This document shows positions 30,845 through 40,700 of a stretch of 64,000 nucleotides of DNA, one piece after another. The number at the start of each line of letters is the position of its first letter. Positions within the stretch are counted from its first letter, which is position 1. Source of the DNA: an uncultured Solirubrobacterales bacterium. GTDB taxonomy: Bacteria > Actinomycetota > Thermoleophilia > Solirubrobacterales > Solirubrobacteraceae. Position numbers and translations under genes: made by a program. The stretch lies in NCBI GenBank assembly GCA_963812595.1, contig CAWEVQ010000010.1:101050-165049 (forward strand). Direction: 5' to 3'. The notes under the pieces were generated by a model. The model was not told the DNA's origin. It made no database searches and was given only the letters and a program-made list of their open reading frames with translations.

Positions 30845-33800
30845 TTACTTGCCCCTCCGGTCGTGGCTGGCTCTTTTTGCCTGCTTTTTACTCTTTTTTC
30901 GTACGCATTTACCCTTTTTATTCTTCACAAGGCGCTGCTTGCACTTCACGGTCTTCTTTGTAACCTTCTTGACGACCGTCGGCGGAGGCGGGGCGAGGTT
31001 CCCGAGGCCCGAGAACGTCTGGCTCGCCGGCGCACCGTAGACCGAGGGCTGCGGCGAGACCGGCGTGCGGCACGCGTCGGCGGTCGTGCACGGCGGCGGG
31101 GAGGACGGTTCGGCGAAGCCTCCGTCGACGCGCGCGTCGTAGGTGACGAGCTGTCCTTCCTGGTTGTCCTGCGGCACGAGCTGCTGGGTCGACCTGAAGA
31201 ACACGTCATCGCCGCTTTCGCTCACGCCCTCGAGGGCCGTTTCGAAGGAGCTCGTGCCGCTCGAGATCAGGCGCGCGCCTCCGCCCTCGTACTCGTAGAC
31301 GTCGCGCTGACCGTTCGTATCGGAGGGCACGAGTGCTTCCGTCGTTTCGAAGAACACCTGGCCGGCGTCCGTGAGCACGTGCCGGGTCGTGAAGATTCCG
31401 TAGACAGTTCCAAAGGATTCTCCATGCTGCGCCACACCGCCTCCCGCGGTCGCAGGTTCGCCCGTGGGGTTGCACGAGGCGCAGGCGAGCTGCCCTGTGG
31501 CAGCGCTGTACAGGAAGAGCTCGGCTTCTTCGCCTCCCAGCGCGACGTCGTCATAACCGGTCAGGCTCTTTTTCGATTCGAACGCGAGCCACTTGCCGTC
31601 GGGTGAGGTCTGCTGTTCGACGCCGCCCGACCCGCTGTTGGAGACGCCGGAGGCGATGAACATCGTCTTTTCGCCATTCCACAGATACAGGTTTTCCTTC
31701 CCGGCTTCCGCGCCTTCGACGACCGTCTTGCCTTCGCTGTCGGTGAATTCCCTAGTGTTGGATGCCAGCACGCCCTTGGCGACGAAGTAGACGTCGGAGC
31801 TGTCGTGGCCGCCAAGCGGCGTGACGCGCAGAACGTCGGCGTGTTCGCCTGCCGCAACGACGGTGAGGTCGGTCAATTCGCATTTGCTCGCGCCTTCGGG
31901 CAGCGTGCACTCGTACAGATCCGGTTCGCCCGCTTCCGCGCTCGAGTGCGGGGTGAGCTTGCTTTCGTCGAGGAAGAAGACCTTCGAACCGTCGGCGGTC
32001 GCGGCCTTGAAGGAGCCGCCACCGCCCGGGCCCGACCCACCCTGCTGTTCGTCGACCTGGACGGTGCGCTGCCCGTCGATGCGGTCATAGAGGGCGCCAC
32101 CGTAGGTGAAGAGGACGTGCGAGCCGTCGCTGGAGACCACACCTTCGTGCTCGGAAGTACCCGCTTTTGCCGCAAGCGATCCGGGGACCGCCGTGCCGTC
32201 CGGCAGCACGCTCACCAGCCGCAGCGCGCCTTCGTCCCATTCGTACAGGTTTTCGACGCCGTACCGCGCGCCTTCGGCCAGGGGCGAGGTCTCCGTGAAG
32301 ATCACGTGGCTGAGGTCGGCGGAGGCGGCCTGGAAGTGCGTGTCGGCCGGCGTCACGCCCGGCGGCGTGACGTTGACAAGCTGGTAAGTCGCCGGTCGCG
32401 TTGTCGCGCACCAGCAGGTTTTCATAGCCCACCGGTTCGCCGCTCACGACCTGACGACCTTCGGGGTTGCACGATTCCGGGTCTTCGAGCGGGTTATTGG
32501 ACGCGGAAGCGCGTGACCCTCCACCAACTTGCATCACGTCCTTGGTGAGCTGTTCCGAGTAGGCGTACACGAATTGGTATTCCACGCAGCCCACCCCGTC
32601 ATAGGATTCGATCGGCATGATGTCTTCCGCGATCCAGCCGCCCGCGCCACGCGTCGCCACGTATTGGTCGCCGGCGGTGGGCGCGCCCGGCCGCGGTTCT
32701 GTGCGTGGAGCGTGAGCGCTTCGCCATCCGCGGCGGCCGTGCTCGCGAACGCCATACTCGGCGCGGCATCGAACTGGGACGAGTTCGTGACCGGCGGCGT
32801 CACGAGCTCGTAGGCGCGACAGTCGGGCAACCTCGCGGAGAAGCCGCCGCGCATCTGTTCGTTGGGACACGCCGCCTCCTCGGCGCTCAGCGTGGTGAAG
32901 GTCTGGTCGGGGCCGGCGATCCCGCCCGGCGCCAGTTCGTTGCTCGCCACGACACGGTAGTGGTAGGTGCTCCCGGGCGCGAGGCCGCTTGCGGACGCCC
33001 ACACCGCGTGCGATTCCAGTCCTTCACCGACGCTTCCTTCCGGGAAGGGCGTCGAGCTGCCGTAGCCAGCTGGTCGGGCCGTATTCGAAGCGGTAGCTCG
33101 TCTGGATGCCGCCGGGGTTGACGAGCGCGCCGAGCTTCGCTTCGGAGGCGCCGATTTCGGCGGTGAGCTCCTGTCGACCACAGGCGCGGTGGGAGGGCCC
33201 GAACACCCAGACGGTGTCTTTGGTGCCGTCGGTCACGTATACACGCCCGTTCGCCTCGATTCACCGCGACCATGCTGTAGAAGTGTTCGCATTCGCCACT
33301 CAGGTACGCCGAAATGGCCGGCCCCCACATCGGCGAGCTGCCTGCCTTCCGAGCTGTACTCGACGAGATGCAGGCAGGGCGAGCCGCTTTTCGCCGCACG
33401 GGTCCGCGCCGTTTTCGACGAGCGCGAACACGTCCCCATGTCCGTCGAGTGCCACGGACCACACGCCTTCGCTTTCGATTTCCACGGGCTTGCCGTTCAC
33501 TTCCACAGGCGCACCGCTGGAATCGAGCTCCACGATCCTGTTGTTGCCGGCCACCCAGAGGTTGCCGGAGGAGTCGACCGCGACTCCGGTCGGTTCCTTG
33601 AGCGCACCGGCGCCGGAGCCCGTGAACGTCTTCAGCAGCGTGCCGCTCGGGCTGTACTCGAGCACCTCGTTTTCCGGCACCACCGGCACGTACACGTTGC
33701 CGGCCGAGTCGGCGGCAATCTGCACGTCTGTAAAGACGCCGAAGAAATTGCGTGACGCCGGCACTTCAAACGACGACACCGACGCGCCCGTGCTGGGGTC

Positions 33801-34316
33801 GTAGACAAAGATCCTCGCGGGCGTGAAAATGCCTTCTTCGCCGAGCACGTACACGTCGCCGTTCGTCGGGTTCACCGCAACACCCGAGTAGTATCCAGAC
33901 CCAAACGGGGACGGCGGCGAGAGCAGTTTGCCCGAAGGGTCGAACTTGACCACCGACGAGGGGGCAAACCCTTCCCCAAAGATACCCGACACGAACAGGT
34001 CTCCAGAGCCCTCCACAGCGACACCAACCGCGTGCGCCTGCTGCGCGCTGAACTGTCCGTCGGAGATGAGCTTGGGAGGTTCGGCTTGGGCGATGCCCAC
34101 GCAGAGAGCGAGCATCGCGCAGAAGACGAGGAGAGGCGCGGCAACCAGGCCGCGCGCGGACGCACTACTCCCTTAGGCGTGGAGGAGGCCACGGAGCGTC
34201 GCGAAGCGCACGGTCTTCGGCGTGAAAGCTGGCTTCGCGGTGTGCTCTGTGCGGTTCACCTTGTTCTCCTTGGTCGAGGTTGTGAAGTGGTAAATCGATC
34301 GGAGGTGGAGCGTCAT
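30845..34316 (-). pseudogene. Module 1 gene A: secreted NHL + Fn3 + TolB-like propeller protein, with in-frame TAA (34173-34175) and frameshifts
   Basis: Fragments colinear with 59897..63397; LPDCRAYELV, CASCNP, YDARVDGGF motifs. Confidence 0.75.
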
Positions 34317-35422
34317 GCGGCCTGCTTCCGGTCGCGGGTGAGTACGCTGAGGCGCCGCGCGACCTTCATGCCCAGCGGCGTGAGCTGCCATGCGTTCGGC
34401 TCGCCGCTCATGCGGCCCCCACCGGTATTCACCGCGAGACCCAGGCGCTCCAGGCGCCGCAGGAGCTTGGAGATCTGCCCGGGGTCGGCGACCCCGGCGC
34501 TGTCCGCGACCGCGCGATTGCTGGGGCCGGAACCCCGCCCACCCAGCTGCGCGATGCATTCCAACACCCGTGCGGTGCGGTAGGTGAGGCGCATATTGAC
34601 CTCGTCCAGCGGATCCCTTTCGGCGCCCACGCGCGCGGAAGTCGAGCCATGCGCCACCGGACGCGGCGCCAACGGTGGCGTCGGGCGCTGCTGTTCACGG
34701 CGCGCGGCCCGTGGCCCCAGATACTGCAGCGCGATCATTCCCATCAACTCGTCCAACAGACCGGTCAACGGACGACGATCGCTGCTGCGCAAGCGCGTAT
34801 ACACAACGCCAAGCGCCCCACCCACCAGGCCTTCTGCGGTCACTAGGGTGCACTCCTCACCACGCGGCCCCTCTCGGCGCCCCTCATCGAGGATCGCCGC
34901 TAGGCGCGAGAGAATCTGCTCCCGGCGCTCGAGCACCCCAGGGCCACCGTGCACCGCCTGCACCACACAGATCCGCGCCAGCACCGGCTCGCTATCGAGG
35001 AACAAGAGGATCGTCCACAGGCCGCCGCGCACCCGCTCACGCCACACAAGACCCCCTAGGCCCGCCACCGCGAGTTCCCGCTCGACCCGCCCCACCGCCT
35101 CATCCAGCAGCGCTACCAGGCACGCCTCGCGGTTGCCGAACAGGTCATAGAACGTCCGCCGCGACACCCGCGCTCGCGTCGTGATCCGCGCGACCGAGGT
35201 CTGCTCGTAACCCAGCTCGTCGATTACCGCCGCCGCCGCGACCAGCAGCCGCGAACGCTGAATCTCATCGACCTGCACCCGCGGCGTGCCCAACCGCGAC
35301 GCATCCGAGGAGAACACCGGCCGCTTGGACCCACGTCGCAATCCCCGCTCGACCGGCAACACCCGCTCAGACACGCGCAAACGCGACGCCGTCCTCACAC
35401 CACCACGCGCCGAAGCCGCCAT
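34313..35422 (-). CDS. Module 1 TetR/AcrR-like regulator with an extra C-terminal winged HTH
   Basis: QRSRLL...GYEQTSVARI..RARVSRRTFYDLF; C-terminal RLTYRT...SNRAVA..AGVADPGQISKLLRRL. Confidence 0.8.
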   Translation of the reverse strand: MAASARGGVRTASRLRVSERVLPVERGLRRGSKRPVFSSDASRLGTPRVQVDEIQRSRLLVAAAAVIDELGYEQTSVARITTRARVSRRTFYDLFGNREACLVALLDEAVGRVERELAVAGLGGLVWRERVRGGLWTILLFLDSEPVLARICVVQAVHGGPGVLERREQILSRLAAILDEGRREGPRGEECTLVTAEGLVGGALGVVYTRLRSSDRRPLTGLLDELMGMIALQYLGPRAARREQQRPTPPLAPRPVAHGSTSARVGAERDPLDEVNMRLTYRTARVLECIAQLGGRGSGPSNRAVADSAGVADPGQISKLLRRLERLGLAVNTGGGRMSGEPNAWQLTPLGMKVARRLSVLTRDRKQAA

Positions 35423-35500
35423 CAGCAGCCACCCCCCACCAGCCGGTGTGACTCCATGACCCCGCGCACAGGCGCCGGAAGCCCACGCCCCGCGGGGATA

Positions 35501-35615
35501 AAGCAAAGGCGGCGCGAATGCGCCCGATGAGGAGACCCTTCGGCTAGGCCGCTAGCCGAAGAGAGAGAGAGAGAGAGAGAGATGCGACAGCGCCAAGCTG
35601 GCGCATCTAGCATCA
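35501..35615 (-). promoter_or_regulatory. Conserved leader element: three inverted repeats plus (GA)11 tract
   Basis: Near-identical to 46581-46693; stems conserved, loops differ. Confidence 0.6.
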
Positions 35616-35817
35616 CTCCGCCGGCGGAGCGCGCACATCCCCATCATGAATCTCCCTCTAGAAACCACGCTCAAACAACTCCCTCATCGCTCTGATCCAG
35701 ACCCTCTCCCACAACAACAACCTGCGAGCGCTTGACGTCAACCACAAGACGGCATGACCCCAACCAGACCCTATGTACACCAGGCCCCCAACGACAGGGG
35801 CACCGGCCAGTGAACGA

Positions 35818-35846
35818 AACGTAACACTTTGCTTCGCAGATGTCAA
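35818..35846 (-). promoter_or_regulatory. Sigma70/SigA promoter TTGACA-N17-TACGTT with extended -10 TG
   Basis: Exact spacing; identical copy at 46901-46929. Confidence 0.75.
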
Positions 35847-35847
35847 G

Positions 35848-35943
35848 CCCATAGGTGAGCTTGCGTGCGGCAACTGCGGCTTACTGTCAACGACAGCCCC
35901 ACACGGAGTCACCGAGAGTGCCTGCAACCCGGCTGCTGGAGCG
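35848..35943. repeat. 96-bp conserved non-coding block, copy 1
   Basis: Near-identical to 49436-49531. Confidence 0.85.
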
Positions 35944-36066
35944 AGCCGGTCACGGGCGCCCACCGTCTACTTTTGCGACCCTTGGCCCTGGGCCTTCGGC
36001 CTCCTGGGGCTCGCCGGCCTCGACCCGTTCCTCGTGAGCATCGACGCCTACGAGGAGTGGGTCGAG

Positions 36067-36104
36067 CTCCGCCCCCTGCACCGATGATCGCAGGGGCGGG
36101 TTTT
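36067..36104 (+). terminator. Intrinsic terminator
   Basis: CCGCCCC(C)TGC...GCAGGGGCGG followed by TTTT. Confidence 0.6.
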
Positions 36105-36109
36105 GGTAA

Positions 36110-36165
36110 CGCCGGTCGTCGAAGCGATGCGGGCCTACGCCGAGGGGTAGGCTGACGCTCGCCCC
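36110..36165 (+). repeat. Copy of hxlR 3' end (direct repeat 1)
   Basis: GCCGGTCGTCGAAGCGATGCGGGCCTACGCCGAGGGGTAG matches 55393-55432. Confidence 0.85.
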
Positions 36166-36239
36166 AAGCCAGTCGGCGTCGCTACGCTTTCGTCAAGTAG
36201 TATCTCATGAAGTACTATTTCGTGTGGTAGCATCGTCGA

Positions 36240-37628
36240 TTGATGCGAGCGCTCGTGGATCGCCAGAAGGAGATGGCTCTCTTGCAGGAGCAGCGCGAAT
36301 CGGTGCCGAGCCTTGTCGTGTTGCGAGGTCGGCGGCGAGTCGGCAAGACGTTTCTGCTCGCGCACGCCTTCGCGGGCGAGGGCGTGGTGAGCTATCAGGC
36401 CGACGAGCAGCCGCGCGCTGTGCAGCTAGCCGCCTTCGCCGCGGAGATCGCACGGCTGCTTCCCGGAACCCCACCGCTGAGCTTCGGCTCCTGGGACGCT
36501 GCCTTTGAGTTTCTCAGCTCGCAGGCCGCCGTGCGGCCCTTGGTCGTGGTGATCGACGAGTTCCAGTATGCGTGCCTGTCCGAGCCGGCGCTTGCTTCGA
36601 TCATCCAGCGCCACTGGGACGGCTGGGACGCAAGCAGAGCGCCGATCTGCCTGGTGCTGTCCGGCAGTGCGCTGACCTTCATGGAGGGACTCCTCTCGCG
36701 TGACGCACCGCTGCACGGGCGCGCGACCTTCCGTCCGACGATCGACCCACTTGACTATCGCGACGCGCGCGAGCTCGCGCCGGCGAGCAGCTCGCCTCAG
36801 GAGCTAGTGGAGCGCTATGCCGTCATCGGCGGAACGCCCCAGTACCAGATTTGGGCCGGTCAACGTCCGCTGAGGTCCGTCGTGTGCGAGGCGATCCTGC
36901 GCAAGGGAGCACCACTGTACGAAGAGCCGTTGACTCTGGTAAGAGAGGAGCGCGGCGTTCGCGACCCAAAGCGCTACTTCGGTGTGCTCGCCGCGATCGC
37001 CTCCGGACGCACCCGCAACGCCGACATCGGCAGCCTGCTCGAACTGCCGAGCTCCAACGTCGCCGCTGTGCTGGAGCGGCTTGCTGCACTCGGCTATCTG
37101 CAGGAACGGACCCCGGTCACGCCCAGCGTTCGTCGCAGGCGCGGCTTCTGGCAGATCAGCGACCCATTCTTCCGCTTCTGGTTTCGCCGCGTCGCCCCCA
37201 ACCGCAGCCGGCTGGACCGGGGCGAGGCGATCGACGCCGTCTGGGAGCAGGTCGCGGCCGACCTCGATACCTACGTCGGCCGCGCCTTCGAGGACGTGTG
37301 CCGCCACTGGCTCGCGCACTACTCACAGATCGAGGAGGCCCGTACGGCGAACGCAATCGGATCGTGGTGGTCGCGCGACGGGCGCCACGAGATCGACATC
37401 GCATGCGCAGACCGGCGTCAGTACACGTTGTTCGGGTCGTGCAAGTGGTCGCGGCGCGCGGTGGGCGAGGATGCACTCGACGCGCTGCTCGCAAGCCGAG
37501 ACGCAGCCGAAGGTCGCACGGCGAGCGCACGACTGGCCATCTTTGCGCGACGCGGCTTCACCTCCTCACTACAGCAACGCGCCGCGCGCGAGGACGTGCT
37601 TCTGCTGAGCGCAGCCGACCTGTTCTAG
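36240..37628 (+). CDS. AAA ATPase (archaeal-ATPase type) with winged helix and DUF234 nuclease-like domain
   Basis: GRRRVGKT, IDEFQY, GGTPQY, DPFFRFWF, FEDVC, EID...CKW. Confidence 0.85.
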   Translation: MMRALVDRQKEMALLQEQRESVPSLVVLRGRRRVGKTFLLAHAFAGEGVVSYQADEQPRAVQLAAFAAEIARLLPGTPPLSFGSWDAAFEFLSSQAAVRPLVVVIDEFQYACLSEPALASIIQRHWDGWDASRAPICLVLSGSALTFMEGLLSRDAPLHGRATFRPTIDPLDYRDARELAPASSSPQELVERYAVIGGTPQYQIWAGQRPLRSVVCEAILRKGAPLYEEPLTLVREERGVRDPKRYFGVLAAIASGRTRNADIGSLLELPSSNVAAVLERLAALGYLQERTPVTPSVRRRRGFWQISDPFFRFWFRRVAPNRSRLDRGEAIDAVWEQVAADLDTYVGRAFEDVCRHWLAHYSQIEEARTANAIGSWWSRDGRHEIDIACADRRQYTLFGSCKWSRRAVGEDALDALLASRDAAEGRTASARLAIFARRGFTSSLQQRAAREDVLLLSAADLF

Positions 37629-37651
37629 GCAAACACTCACGGCCCCGACGC

Positions 37652-37711
37652 CTCGCGCCGGCCGTGGAAGCCATTCGGGCTTACACCGAGGGGCAGGTTG
37701 ACGCTCGCCCC
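37652..37711 (+). repeat. Copy of hxlR 3' end (direct repeat 2, degenerate)
   Basis: CTCGCGCCGGCCGTGGAAGCCATTCGGGCTTACACCGAGGGGCAGG, plus TGACGCTCGCCCC shared with repeat 1. Confidence 0.8.
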
Positions 37712-37731
37712 CGAGCGAGTATCAACGCGGC

Positions 37732-40700
37732 CTACCGCTTATTGCGCTTTGCGCGCTTCCCGTGCTTGGTCTTGTGCTTGTGCTTGGTGCGCTTGCGCGC
37801 CTTCTCCTTGGCGGCCTTCTTGTGCTTCGGACACCCCGCGACGGCGATCTTGGTGGTTTGCTTGAGCTCGGCGCCATTCTGCGCGATGAATTCGGTGGGT
37901 ATCGCGAGGTTCTTCGCGGTGCAGAGGTTCCCGGCGGTGGTGAGCGCGGAGTACGGACCCTCGGGGAGCGTGAGTTCGAAGCTTGTGACGGGCTGGTCGG
38001 GGACCGTCTTGAACGTGCTCGACGTGACCCCCGCTTTGCTGATGAACGTGTCGCCGACCAAGTCGATCGTGACACCGTAGCCCTGCAACACCACGATCAG
38101 GTTCGGGAACGCTTCGCCGCCGTTTGAGACGAAGTACGCCGGGCCTTCCAACGGAACCGGCACCAGCGGCGTGATCGCCTTCGCGTGGCCGACGATCGAG
38201 GCGGCCGGGCAGCCAGCAGGGTTCGCGTCGAACTGCGCCGCGGTGCACGCTTTCTGCAAGGTCGTCAACCGCGACGGCAGCTGCTTGGGCAGTTCGACTT
38301 TGACCAGCTTGATGTTCGCCTGGCTACCAAACGGCGCGGTTGGATACGTCAGCTTCGCGCTCAAGCTCGCGCCATCCGCCCGGCTCGTCTTCGCGGACGT
38401 GGAGACCGCGAATTTCGGGGCGAACCCCAGCGACGCGCAGTTCGTGACCTGGAACGGCGTTGAAATCGTGCTGGTGCCGCCTTCGCTGAGCTGCACCGTG
38501 CCCGTCAGCGACATCTTCGAGCAGTTGGTCGGGTTGAACTGGAAGTTCCCACGGGTGGTTGTGGCATTGACATGCTGGATTTCCAGAGGGATACCTTCGA
38601 TGCTCGTCGGGATCGAGTCCGGTGAGCCGGGCGGATCCGTGGTGATCGTGATCGCGCTGGTGATCGGGTCCAGTTCGATCTTGCCGCGCACCACCACGCA
38701 GTCGCACGCCGGATGGTTGTTCTTCGTGTTCGCCAAGTCGAACGGGCCGGCCTTCGCAGGCACCTCGAACGTGATCCCGAACGGTGCGCACCCCGCTTCA
38801 CCGACCGTGCAACTGCCACGGCCGTTGTAGGGTCCGGTCAAGTAGAACTTCCCGCCAGTGACCGTGAACGGATCGTTGCCGACACCGACGCCGATCGTTG
38901 CTTCGCCGACCTTGCTGTTTTCCCCGCAGAGCCCTTCGTTGGCTTGCGGTTCGGGGCACATTTCAACCCCTGTCAGCACACCGGAGAGGCCGGGTGGTAG
39001 TTTCGCTTCGATCGACTTGAGATTCTGTTCGCCGTCTTTGCGGTTCATCGTGACGGTCAGCGGCGAGAACGCCCCCGCTTGGATGTTCGTCGCGCCAGCG
39101 TTCACCGCCGGGTTGACCGGCAGCGTCGCACCCGGGCACGGGCCCCCGTTGGGACCATGTTCGATGTTGAACGACGATTCCGAGGTCACGGGGCCGTTGC
39201 CGTCCCATGGCGTGAAGACCGCGGTCGTGGTGTACGTCCCGCACCGCGACGGTGTCGCCAGTGGCGCGCGTTCCCCGCCGAAGAAGTGCAGTTCAAGGTT
39301 TTCAAACGGCAGGTCGGGGGTGTTCTTGAACGTCGTGACGATTTGCCCCGTAGCCGGGTTCAACGTCACTTCCCCTGCGAGCTTGACCAGCGAGCCCGAG
39401 TACGGATCTTCCGCGATCATGTACATCGCCACGAGACTCCCAAATGGGTTGCTTTCCTGCGCCGCCAGATACACCGCGCCTTCCAGTTCGTGTTCCAACA
39501 ACGGCGTCTTGATCTTCACGGTCCCGACCTTCGAGCCATTCGCACAGAAGTTGGTCCCCGGCGCAAGCAGACCCGCCAGTTCCGGCGTGAACGTGTTCCA
39601 CTTCACACCCGGTTCATCTTCCGCGTTCAGTTCTTCCTGGCCCTTGTAGCCAATCTGATCGCCGGGGCTGCCGAACGCCCCTTCCGGCAATACGCCGGCG
39701 TCGGACGTGCACGCTTCAAGGCCGTCGCCACCCGAGGGGTTGATCGCGACGCCTTCGGGCAGCGTGACGGTCGTATCGCGCAGCGAGGACTCCGCGAGGC
39801 CGCTCGGATTGAAGGCCGCGCTCTGCGGCACGTGCACGTCGACGGTCAACCCCGTGGATGTGCTTGCGTTGCTCACGTCGGGGGCTGCTTTGATTTCGCC
39901 GGCGAACGTGAGCTTGGCACAGCCGGTCATGCGTAGCGGTTCGCCCGCCGCATTGCGCGTCGGTTCATGGTTCACGCCGACGTAGTGCCCCGGGCTCTGG
40001 TAGGAGTCGACCGCGATCGAGGAAAACAGCGGCCCGGTGCACCCGGTCGGCAACGTGAGGAAGGGTTTGCTGGTCGCACCGCTGCCGACGACGCCGAAGG
40101 TTCTCACCTTGATGCCGAAAAGCGGTGTGACATCGGGGATCTGAAGGGATTCGGCTCGCAGCGGGTAGTTGCCGCCCGCGACCGGGCCGACGTTGACGAA
40201 CGACTCGGGATAGTAGGTGCGCGCGCCGAGCTGCGCCGCCACGCCGCGGGGCGGAACCATGTTGTCCAGCGTGTAGAAGCCGGACCCGTAGCCGACGGCT
40301 TCCAGGAGCAGTTCACCGACCATGGCTTCATGGGGACATCCATTGTCAAATTCTACGCTCGAGTTATCCCACGTGCCTTCGCCCAGCTGCGCGAGCGTGC
40401 ACTTCTTCGCGGTGGCGTCGGGGTCGCCGACCAGCCCCGGCGGTAGCGTGACGTCGATGTCCTTCGGCGTGTCCACAGGCCTCAGTTCGTATGGCGAGTC
40501 GGCGTAGGTGAGCCGTTGCTCCGCCTGGGTGTTGAAGTCTATGGTCGTCACCACTTCGTATGGGTGCGACCCGGCTTGGATGTCGGGTGTCCCGTCCTGG
40601 TTTTGGAAAGAGACGCTGAAGCGGCCGGGCTTGACGCCAAAACCGGCGCTCGCCGTCGCCGCCATTCCCTGGCTGGAGCTTTCGCCGGTGCCGTTGCTTA

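Noticed and set aside
3301-33500. Numerous frameshifts as programmed recoding or wholesale pseudogenisation
   Set aside because: Single-base indels hit unrelated genes (ecfA, ecfT, vapC, virB4, A1, B1) only in the left half, some compensating; long-read consensus error is the simpler explanation
35501-35615. Leader as a c-di-GMP riboswitch or hammerhead ribozyme
   Set aside because: Only fragments (GCAAAG, GATGAG) resemble the consensus, and they lie on the non-transcribed strand
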